Shown here: positions 25,256 to 32,081 of the stretch, piece by piece
Layout of the letters: every line of letters begins with the position of its first letter
Position numbering within the stretch: position 1 is the stretch's first letter
From: a bacterium
Lineage (GTDB): Bacteria; Desulfobacterota; GWC2-55-46; DRQE01
NCBI GenBank assembly: GCA_027017505.1
Contig: JALUQR010000067.1
Span: forward strand, 1 to 34,572
Direction: 5' to 3'
DNA: 34,572 bases
Translations under genes and position numbers: made by a program
Notes under the pieces: model-generated
Seen by the model: only the letters and a program-made list of their open reading frames with translations
Told to the model about the DNA's origin: nothing
The model's database searches: none

Positions 25256-26611
25256 CTATCTGTTATGGCATAGCTGACAGCCCTTGTTAGAGGGCACACT
25301 GTTTACATCCTGTGAGCCTGTTGAAACCGAGTTAAGGTAATTCCACCTCAGCCCGTCAAGATACGGGCCCGCATGGGCAAAGTGGCATGAAAGGCAGAAC
25401 ACCTTGTGGTTGTCCCCTCCTGTAAGGTCATCCATGCCGTTAAAGCTTGCTCCCGTGGTGTCAGTGGGCAGATAGTAGCTGTTTGCACTGTAGAACTTGC
25501 TTGCGGTCACGGGAATTCCCTTGCCTGCCTGTATGAGTGCATCATTGTAGTTGACCCTGTCAAGAAGCGATATGTGACATGTACCCGCACAACCTGCGGA
25601 TGCAGCCCTGGGCATCATGGAGTTTACAGCGTGCCTTCTTGAATCCAGGTTTTCTGTGCGGTCCTGGTTCGAGGGAGATATTTCCTCATGCCAGTTATCG
25701 TGACACTGGGCACACCAGCGGGACATGGTGGCAGGCACTGTTCCGTCAGTGGTGCCAGAGGTGTCATTACCGGTACCATAGGAATTGCTGTTAACACTGT
25801 CTGTTACAGGGTCTCCCGTAAGGGTGCCCCTGTAGACAGGCCAGATAACCTGGCCAGCGCTGTCAAGCTCGTTACCACCAAAATATGTGCCATTAACACC
25901 ACCCACATAGCTCTTGTGCCTGTAGTACTCGGTGGTGCCCGTGTAAAACTTCACCCCTGAATTGGCCCCAGCACCTGTGGGATTGACCTTCAGGTTTCTG
26001 AAAAGGTTTATATTCGTGTCGTTAAGGTCAGATGTTCCGTGGGGGTCATGACAGTTTGTACAGGTAAACTCACTTATCTGTGTATCGCCCCCGGGCGGGG
26101 TAACATTGGTCTCTCCAAGTGAATGCCCGTAACCAAGGGCCTTGGGTGTGGTAACATTCCAGCTTGCATCAAGCTCGGGAGAGAAGTTTCCACCCGCACC
26201 GATAAGGTTGAAGGGGTCATCATCAGTCCATGTCGCAGTGCTCCAGACCTTTGGTGCCTTGACATTCTGGGGTGGATGCGTGTCATCTGCCTGACTGCCG
26301 TTTGACGCATGACACTGAAGACACAGTTTATGCACCTCTGCCCTTGTGGTCACATTACCCCTTAAAAGCACTATGGAACCACCAGTTGCACCACCCAGGT
26401 TGTCAGGACTTGCAGAGGAACCACCCTGGCTGTTGTGCATGGTGTGACAGCTACCACAGGCAAGTGGGCCTGCACCCTTGTGGACAGCATGAACAGAAGA
26501 TACACCAAGGAACAACAGTATAACAGGATAAATCCACAGGGCATGAAATACCGCCCGCACCGATGAACGAAACCAGGAATCCCTATTTTTTCCCTTCAAA
26601 AGGTGAGCCAC
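25256..26611 (-). CDS. Secreted multihaem c-type cytochrome (6 CXXCH motifs plus 1 CX3CH motif)
   Basis: Haem motifs: CGSCH, CLQCH, CTNCH, CAQCH, CAGTCH (CX3CH), CLSCH, CQLCH. The maximal ORF starts at TTG 26656, and there is no in-frame ATG before the signal peptide. I prefer GTG 26611 (GGAAGG RBS 4 nt upstream), which gives a signal-like N-terminus ...KGKNRDSWFRSSVRAVFHALWIYPVILLFLGVSSVHA. The start is uncertain by about 45 nt. Confidence 0.8.
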   Translation of the reverse strand: MAHLLKGKNRDSWFRSSVRAVFHALWIYPVILLFLGVSSVHAVHKGAGPLACGSCHTMHNSQGGSSASPDNLGGATGGSIVLLRGNVTTRAEVHKLCLQCHASNGSQADDTHPPQNVKAPKVWSTATWTDDDPFNLIGAGGNFSPELDASWNVTTPKALGYGHSLGETNVTPPGGDTQISEFTCTNCHDPHGTSDLNDTNINLFRNLKVNPTGAGANSGVKFYTGTTEYYRHKSYVGGVNGTYFGGNELDSAGQVIWPVYRGTLTGDPVTDSVNSNSYGTGNDTSGTTDGTVPATMSRWCAQCHDNWHEEISPSNQDRTENLDSRRHAVNSMMPRAASAGCAGTCHISLLDRVNYNDALIQAGKGIPVTASKFYSANSYYLPTDTTGASFNGMDDLTGGDNHKVFCLSCHFAHAGPYLDGLRWNYLNSVSTGSQDVNSVPSNKGCQLCHNR

Positions 26612-26707
26612 CGAGCCTTCCCACACTGGGTTTAAAAGACCAAAAAATACCCCCAAGAACCAGACCTCTACTTCCTGGGGGCCTCCTCACCCGCTGTCTT
26701 CACAAAT

Positions 26708-26737
26708 ATTATATACAACCTGCAGTAGAAAATTCAA
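26708..26737 (-). promoter_or_regulatory. Sigma70-like promoter candidate for the cytochrome gene
   Basis: On the minus strand: TTGAAT (26737-26732), an 18-nt spacer, then TATAAT (26713-26708, within tgtatataat). It lies about 50-100 nt upstream of the candidate starts. Confidence 0.45.
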
Positions 26738-26966
26738 GTTCTTTTTTAGTGAAAAATAAACAAAACTACCCACTGTGGTAGTACAGACACCAGAAGCCCA
26801 GCCACCCGTCATGTTAAACCCGCAGGGTGGTTGAAAATCGTCCCCACCGTGATTCACAGGTGATTTAACCTTCTCACAGGTATTAAAAATACAGTCTGGG
26901 GTCTTTTAAATAAGGAAAACATGGTATATACTTAAACTCATAAATACGGGTAAAGAGGAGGTGGCA

Positions 26967-27125
26967 ATGAAGAATTACAGGTGCAGTGTATGTGGTTACA
27001 TATATGACCCTTACAGGGGAGACCCCAGGGCAAACATTCCAGGGGGCACACCCTTTGAGGAGTTACCGGAGGGCTGGGTCTGTCCTGTATGCGGGGCTTC
27101 AAAAGAGATGTTTGAGGAGGTGTAG
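26967..27125 (+). CDS. rub: Rubredoxin
   Basis: 52 aa, below the ORF-track cutoff; translated by hand as [52 protein letters not shown]. Two CxxCG knuckles. AAGAGGAGGTGG RBS. The stop lies 2 nt before the next ATG. Confidence 0.9.
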   Translation: MKNYRCSVCGYIYDPYRGDPRANIPGGTPFEELPEGWVCPVCGASKEMFEEV

Positions 27126-27127
27126 AG

Positions 27128-28312
27128 ATGGCTTCCTGTGAGCTTCTGCCAGGGCTGTATCATGTGGGTGTGAGGGACTGGAATCGCAGGCAGTTCGACG
27201 CCCTTGTGTCCATCCCCCATGGCACAAGTTACAACTCTTACATAATAAGGGGTGGTGGAAAGACCGCCCTTGTGGACACCGTTGCCCCCGGGTTCGAAGG
27301 GGAGTTTACAGAAAAGATAGAAAGGATAATAAGCCCCGGGGATATTGACTATCTTATCATGAACCACGCAGAGCCAGACCACGCAGGTGCGATACCCTGC
27401 ATTATGGAAAGAAACAGAAAAGTGCGCCTTATTACAACCAGAAAAGGGGCAAAGATGGCTGAAAGATTCTACGGTGTGTCAGCCGAAAGGGTTGATGTGG
27501 TTGAAGAGGGCTCAACCCTCAAGCTCGGCCACAGAACACTTCGTTTTATAGATGCACCCTTTCTTCACTGGCCCGAGACCATGTTCACCTATCTTGTTGA
27601 AGACGGGGTGCTCTTTCCCTGCGACTTCTTCGGTGCACACACCGCATTTGGTATCTACGATGACGATGTGGAGGATACCATCTATCATGCAAAAAAGTAC
27701 TTTGGAGAGATAATGATGCCCTTCCGTCCGATGGCACAGAGGGCTCTTCAGAAGGTCAGGGAACTCAGGATAAACCTCATAGCCCCTGGACACGGGCCAG
27801 TGTACAGAAACCCCTCAAGGATACTCGATGCGTACGAAAGATGGTGTGCGGGCAGGACAAAGAACAAGGCAACGGTTGTGTATGTATCCATGTGGAACTC
27901 CACAGAAAGGATGATAAGGTGTTTTGTGGACACCCTCCAGGCACAGGGCGTTGAGGTCTCTCTCTACAACCTTCTGTTTTCCGATGTTGCGGATGTTGCT
28001 TCAGACCTTGTTGACTCAAGGGCAATGGTGGTGGGCACACCAGTGGTTCTCGGTGGTATGCATCCGCTTGCATTCTATGCAACCTATCTGGTAAAGGCCC
28101 TGAGACCACCACTAAGGTATGCCGTCATAGTGAGCTCCTATGGCTGGGCAGGCGGTGCGGTAAAACAGGCTGTAGAGATGCTCTCGACACTTAAGCTCGA
28201 GGTGGTGGGAACCGTGGAGACAAACGGCCCACCAGCAAAAGAGGATATGGAAAAAGTAAGGACAACCGCAGAGATACTGGCAGAAAGGATAAAAGAGTCC
28301 CCCACAGCTTAA
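27128..28312 (+). CDS. Flavodiiron protein (FprA / rubredoxin:oxygen or NO oxidoreductase type)
   Basis: 394 aa. The metallo-beta-lactamase-like domain carries the di-iron ligand motif NHAEPDHAG. The C-terminal flavodoxin-like domain begins at ATVVYVSMWNSTERM. It sits immediately downstream of rubredoxin. Confidence 0.9.
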   Translation: MASCELLPGLYHVGVRDWNRRQFDALVSIPHGTSYNSYIIRGGGKTALVDTVAPGFEGEFTEKIERIISPGDIDYLIMNHAEPDHAGAIPCIMERNRKVRLITTRKGAKMAERFYGVSAERVDVVEEGSTLKLGHRTLRFIDAPFLHWPETMFTYLVEDGVLFPCDFFGAHTAFGIYDDDVEDTIYHAKKYFGEIMMPFRPMAQRALQKVRELRINLIAPGHGPVYRNPSRILDAYERWCAGRTKNKATVVYVSMWNSTERMIRCFVDTLQAQGVEVSLYNLLFSDVADVASDLVDSRAMVVGTPVVLGGMHPLAFYATYLVKALRPPLRYAVIVSSYGWAGGAVKQAVEMLSTLKLEVVGTVETNGPPAKEDMEKVRTTAEILAERIKESPTA

Positions 28313-28347
28313 CGCATAACCGAAAGAGGTGAAAAGACACTTCACTA

Positions 28348-28379
28348 TTGACTAAAAAGAAATCTTTGTATAATATAAT
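28348..28379 (+). promoter_or_regulatory. Possible promoter upstream of the inositol-phosphate operon
   Basis: TTGACT (28348-28353) followed by tgtataatataat, which offers overlapping -10 candidates: TATAAT at 28369-28374 (spacer 15) and at 28374-28379 (spacer 20). The spacing is non-ideal, and it would imply a ~285-nt leader. Confidence 0.3.
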
Positions 28380-28664
28380 CTTAACTTCCGCAGAATAACA
28401 GCCACTGCACCTAAATTCTCTATCTTATAGATTGCCCCTGCAGAGGCACCACAGGCAGGGTAGAGCGTGAGCTTGGTTTAAAGAAGTCTTAAAACCTGTG
28501 AGGGGTAGAGTCTTCGAATCTGTTGTCCCCTTGCAGAATTCCCTTATTTCTATAATAATTCCTGTATTTTCGTCCTAACCCTGTAAATGTGTGTTCATCT
28601 ATCTTGTTGAGTGTGGAATTTCCTGCCCCCGGGCAGAAAAAATTATAAAAGGAGGAGGTTGAAA

Positions 28665-29768
28665 GTGGGTAAGATAAAGATAGCAATAGTTGGTATAGGA
28701 AACTGTGCGAGCTCACTCATTCAGGGTATCCACTATTATAATGAGAGCAGGGCAGACGATGCAATAGGGCTCATGCACTGGGATATTGGCGGATACAGAC
28801 CCTCTGATATCGAGGTGGTCGCTGCATTCGATGTGGACAAGAGAAAGGTGGGCAAGGATGTCTCAGAGGCCATATTTGAAAAGCCAAACTGCACTGCCAT
28901 ATTCTGCAAAGACATTCCTCCTTCAGGCGTAAAGGTAAGGATGGGAAAGATACTGGATGGTTTTTCAGAGCACATGAAGGATTATCCCGAGGATCAGACA
29001 TTCGTGCTGGCAGACGAGGACGAGCCAACAGAGGAAGAGGTTGTGAAGGTGCTCAAAGAGTCTGGTGCAGAGATGCTTCTTAACTACCTTCCTGTTGGCT
29101 CTGAAGAGGCCACAAGGTTCTATGCAGAGTGTGCCCTGCAGGCTGGCATAGCATTCATAAACAACATACCCGTGTTCATAGCCAGTGACCCTGTATGGGC
29201 GAAGAGGTTTGAGGACCACGGACTACCCATCATAGGCGATGACATAAAGGCCCAGCTCGGTGCAACCATAACACACAGAACCCTTACAGACCTCTTCAGA
29301 AAAAGAGGGGTAAAGCTTGAACGCACCTACCAGCTCAACACAGGTGGTAACACGGACTTTCTGAACATGCTCAACAGGGCAAGGCTCGCCTCAAAGAAGG
29401 AATCGAAGACAGAGGCGGTCCAGTCTGTAACAGCCCAGAGGCTCAAGGACGAGAACATCCATGTCGGTCCGAGCGATTATGTCGCATGGCAGAAGGACAA
29501 CAAGGTGTGCTTCCTTCGTATGGAGGGCAAGCTCTTCGGAGATGTGCCCATGAACCTTGAGCTGAGACTCTCTGTTGAGGACTCGCCAAACTCAGCAGGC
29601 GTTGCAATAGATGCCATAAGGTGCTGTAAGCTGGCTCTCGAGAGGGGTATCGCAGGGGTACTTTACTCGCCCTCTGCATTCTTCATGAAACACCCGCCAA
29701 AACAGTACACCGATGACGAGGCATACAGGATGACTGAAGAATTCATACAGGGCAAAAGGGAAAGATAA
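28665..29768 (+). CDS. ino1: myo-Inositol-1-phosphate synthase
   Basis: Start placed at GTG 28665, with AGGAGGAGG 6 nt upstream; the track start at 28611 has no RBS. 367 aa. [19 protein letters not shown] (NAD-binding N-terminus), [34 protein letters not shown]. Confidence 0.85.
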   Translation: MGKIKIAIVGIGNCASSLIQGIHYYNESRADDAIGLMHWDIGGYRPSDIEVVAAFDVDKRKVGKDVSEAIFEKPNCTAIFCKDIPPSGVKVRMGKILDGFSEHMKDYPEDQTFVLADEDEPTEEEVVKVLKESGAEMLLNYLPVGSEEATRFYAECALQAGIAFINNIPVFIASDPVWAKRFEDHGLPIIGDDIKAQLGATITHRTLTDLFRKRGVKLERTYQLNTGGNTDFLNMLNRARLASKKESKTEAVQSVTAQRLKDENIHVGPSDYVAWQKDNKVCFLRMEGKLFGDVPMNLELRLSVEDSPNSAGVAIDAIRCCKLALERGIAGVLYSPSAFFMKHPPKQYTDDEAYRMTEEFIQGKRER

Positions 29769-29773
29769 TCCAC

Positions 29774-31093
29774 ATGAAGTGTCTTATACTCGCTGCAGGA
29801 AGGGGTTCAAGGCTCTCCGTAAGGGGAGAGCCAAAGCCCCTGGTGCGTCTGCTCGGTCTGCCACTTATTGAAAGGGTGGTTGCAGGGGCAGAAAGGGCTG
29901 GCATAAGGGAGTTCGTTGTCGCAACAGGCTACATGGAAGAAGAGCTCAGGGGTTTTCTCAACACGCTGGCGGAAAAAAGGGGTGTGCTCATAGAGTGTGT
30001 GTCAAACCCCAGCTGGGAGGGTGGCAACGCAACATCGGTGCTTTCAGCAAGGCCTGCCCTCAAGGAAGAGGAACGATTCCTGCTCGTTATGGCAGACCAT
30101 CTTTTCGATTCCTCCATACTGAAAGAGCTATTGAGTCAACCCCTTGATGAGGGCAGTGTCTGCCTTGCGGTAGATTTCAACACCCGCAACCCCCTTGTGG
30201 ACATGGATGATGTAACAAGGGTGCTGGTATCCGCACAGAAGATAAAGGCCATTGGAAAGGGGCTTAAAGAGTACAATGGTTTTGACACGGGTATCTTTCT
30301 CTGCACGCCTGCCATATTCGATGCAGTGGAAAAGAGCATTCAGAGAGATGGCGATGCGACACTTTCAGGGGCCATAAGGGTGCTTGCAGAGGATGGCAGA
30401 GCATGTGCCTTTGACATAGGGGGAAGATTCTGGACAGATGTGGACGATGAAGAGGCCTTCAGGCGGGCAGAGGAATACCTTCTTTCAACGCTTAAAAAGC
30501 CCACCGATGGGCCTGTTGCAAGGCTTATAAACAGGCACATCTCTGTGGCCATAACACGCCACCTTGTGGAAAGAAACATAACACCCAACCAGATATCCCT
30601 TGCATGCTTCTGTATGAGTGTTGTTGCCTCGGTGTTACTTGCCCTTCCAGGCTATCTGGCACTCTTTCTCGGGGCTATAGTTGCACAGACCGCATCCATA
30701 GTGGATGGATGCGATGGCGAGGTTGCAAGGCTTAAGTTCATGGAGAGTGACTACGGTGGCTGGTTCGATGCGGTGCTTGACCGCTATGCAGACGCCTTCC
30801 TGCTTGCAGGCCTTACATGGCATGGCTACTCAGAGGATGGCAGTGGACTCACCCTGCTTACAGGGTTTATGGCCATAACTGGCTCATTCATGACGAGCTA
30901 CACCGCTGACAAATACGATAGCCTCATGAAGGCACGCCTCATAAAAGGTGGTGCCTTCCGCATAGGAAGGGATGTAAGGGTGTTTATAGTCTTCCTGGGT
31001 GCACTCCTGAACCTTGTGTTCCCCGCACTTCTGCTTACAGCCATTGTGATGAATGTGGAGACCGTAAGAAGACTCATAATATGTGCCAGATAA
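29774..31093 (+). CDS. Bifunctional CTP:inositol-1-phosphate cytidylyltransferase / di-myo-inositol-1,3'-phosphate-1'-phosphate synthase (IPCT/DIPPS)
   Basis: 439 aa. N-terminal nucleotidyltransferase fold (MKCLILAAGRGSRL). C-terminal membrane domain with the CDP-alcohol phosphotransferase motif DGEVAR-x8-G-x3-D-x3-D (DGCDGEVARLKFMESDYGGWFDAVLDRYAD). It sits directly downstream of the MIPS gene. Confidence 0.8.
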   Translation: MKCLILAAGRGSRLSVRGEPKPLVRLLGLPLIERVVAGAERAGIREFVVATGYMEEELRGFLNTLAEKRGVLIECVSNPSWEGGNATSVLSARPALKEEERFLLVMADHLFDSSILKELLSQPLDEGSVCLAVDFNTRNPLVDMDDVTRVLVSAQKIKAIGKGLKEYNGFDTGIFLCTPAIFDAVEKSIQRDGDATLSGAIRVLAEDGRACAFDIGGRFWTDVDDEEAFRRAEEYLLSTLKKPTDGPVARLINRHISVAITRHLVERNITPNQISLACFCMSVVASVLLALPGYLALFLGAIVAQTASIVDGCDGEVARLKFMESDYGGWFDAVLDRYADAFLLAGLTWHGYSEDGSGLTLLTGFMAITGSFMTSYTADKYDSLMKARLIKGGAFRIGRDVRVFIVFLGALLNLVFPALLLTAIVMNVETVRRLIICAR

Positions 31094-31668
31094 TAGAATC
31101 ACTTAAAAATAGGATAGCGTCTGTTATAGGGCAATCCCGTGTTGCGGAAGACCCCTGGCATTCAAAAAACACCCTTGAGTGGGTGAGAAGACTCACCAGA
31201 AAGCCCTCTCTTGCCCTTCAGATAGCAGCACTCGGGCACGACATAGAACGCGCTGCAGGGGACAGAAGGGTAAGAAAAGAGGACTTCAACAATTACAACG
31301 CCTTTAAACTTGCCCATGCAAAAAACAGTGCCCGCATACTTACAGAACTCATGACACAGTGTGGCATAAAGGATACTTCCTTTATAGACTCTGTAAGGGA
31401 GCTTGTGGAAAGACACGAGTTCGGAGGTACCCCAGAGGCTGACATCCTTAAGGATGCAGACGGGCTCTCGTTCTTTGAGGTCAACCTTCCACTCTACTAC
31501 ATGCGTGAGGGATGGCACGAGGCACTGAGAAGGTCTCTGTGGGGCTACAGTAGACTTTCCCCAAGGGCAAAAGAGCTTGCAGAAAGTATCGTAAGGGCTG
31601 AAAGTCCAGGGGTTAAAAAACTCATTGATAGAACAAAGAGGTTGACACAGATGGGTATGTTCTGGTAG
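31081..31668 (+). CDS. HD-domain (metal-dependent phosphohydrolase-like) protein
   Basis: 195 aa. ATG 31081 overlaps the IPCT/DIPPS gene by 13 nt. H...HD signature (PWHSKNT...AALGHDIERA) and a later RHEFGG / DAD. Confidence 0.65.
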   Translation: MCQIIESLKNRIASVIGQSRVAEDPWHSKNTLEWVRRLTRKPSLALQIAALGHDIERAAGDRRVRKEDFNNYNAFKLAHAKNSARILTELMTQCGIKDTSFIDSVRELVERHEFGGTPEADILKDADGLSFFEVNLPLYYMREGWHEALRRSLWGYSRLSPRAKELAESIVRAESPGVKKLIDRTKRLTQMGMFW

Positions 31669-31682
31669 ACTAAGTTTTCAAC

Positions 31683-31758
31683 GGTCCCATCGTCTAGCGG
31701 TCTAGGACGTCGCCCTCTCAAGGCGAAAACACGGGTTCGAGTCCCGTTGGGACCGCCA
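31683..31758 (+). tRNA. tRNA-Glu (anticodon CUC), CCA encoded
   Basis: Folded by hand: acceptor GGTCCCA/TGGGACC (7 bp), D stem GTCT/GGAC, anticodon stem TCGCC/GGCGA with loop CT-CTC-AA, T arm ACGGG-TTCGAGT-CCCGT, discriminator G, CCA. Total 76 nt. Confidence 0.9.
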
Positions 31759-31851
31759 TCTACTTTGCAAACAAAATCAACTATTGTTTACATACACAGC
31801 ATCTCTTAAAAACCCCTCAAAAAACCGTCACCAAAAACAAACAATAGAACA

Positions 31852-31876
31852 GGTTCGAATCCCATAAGCTCCACCA
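31852..31876 (+). other. Orphan tRNA 3'-end fragment (T-loop + acceptor 3' strand + CCA)
   Basis: ggttcgaatcccataagctccacca followed by tttttt. The sequence upstream does not supply the matching T-stem 5' half or a GGAGCTT acceptor 5' strand, so it is not a complete tRNA. It differs from the 3' end of the adjacent tRNA-Glu. Confidence 0.6.
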
Positions 31877-32035
31877 TTTTTTATGTCCCCAGCAAGTCTC
31901 CAAGGGGATTACCTGTTGCAGTGCGTTGGAAAACTTAAGGAACCTGCCATATAAGAGAATCCATTTAAGAACCCTCACCAGGAAAGAAAGCTTTTAACCC
32001 CCCTGTGGACTCTGCCAGGGTTTTTGCACAATAAT

Positions 32036-32063
32036 AAGGGGGTTGCACCATGGCAACCCCCTT
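32036..32063 (-). terminator. Stem-loop terminator candidate downstream of the diguanylate cyclase gene
   Basis: aagggggttgc (32036-32046) / gcaaccccctt (32053-32063): an 11-bp perfect stem with a 6-nt loop, 19 nt after the stop at 32082. On the minus strand it is followed by ATTATTGTG, only moderately U-rich. Confidence 0.5.
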
Positions 32064-32081
32064 GTGTTCCGTCATCCTGGC

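Noticed and set aside
25256-26611. Bacterial N-glycosylation sequons in the cytochrome (E-T-N-V-T and D-L-N-D-T, plus many plain N-x-S/T), in view of the neighbouring glycan locus.
   Set aside because: No PglB-type oligosaccharyltransferase is recognisable in the window. Two acidic sequons in about 450 residues can occur by chance. The glycan locus is separated from the cytochrome by other genes. This is worth revisiting only if an OST gene exists elsewhere.
28440-28545. tRNA-like or tmRNA-like words (ggtagagcg, cttcgaatc) in the ino1 leader, and the 75-aa minus-strand ORF 28489-28716.
   Set aside because: I could not fold a cloverleaf. There is no acceptor pairing, and the candidate anticodon stem has a 12-nt loop. 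The ORF is low-complexity, has no RBS and overlaps the ino1 start region.
31883-31954. 23-aa plus-strand ORF (MSPASLQGDYLLQCVGKLKEPAI) after the tRNA fragment.
   Set aside because: No RBS: the ATG follows a T-run directly. It is very short and has no recognisable features.
31999-32025. Weak hairpin ccctg-N10-caggg followed by ttttt, as a plus-strand terminator for the tRNA transcript.
   Set aside because: The stem is only 5 bp with a 10-nt loop. It is plausible but too weak to call, and the much stronger 11-bp hairpin at 32036-32063 is adjacent.
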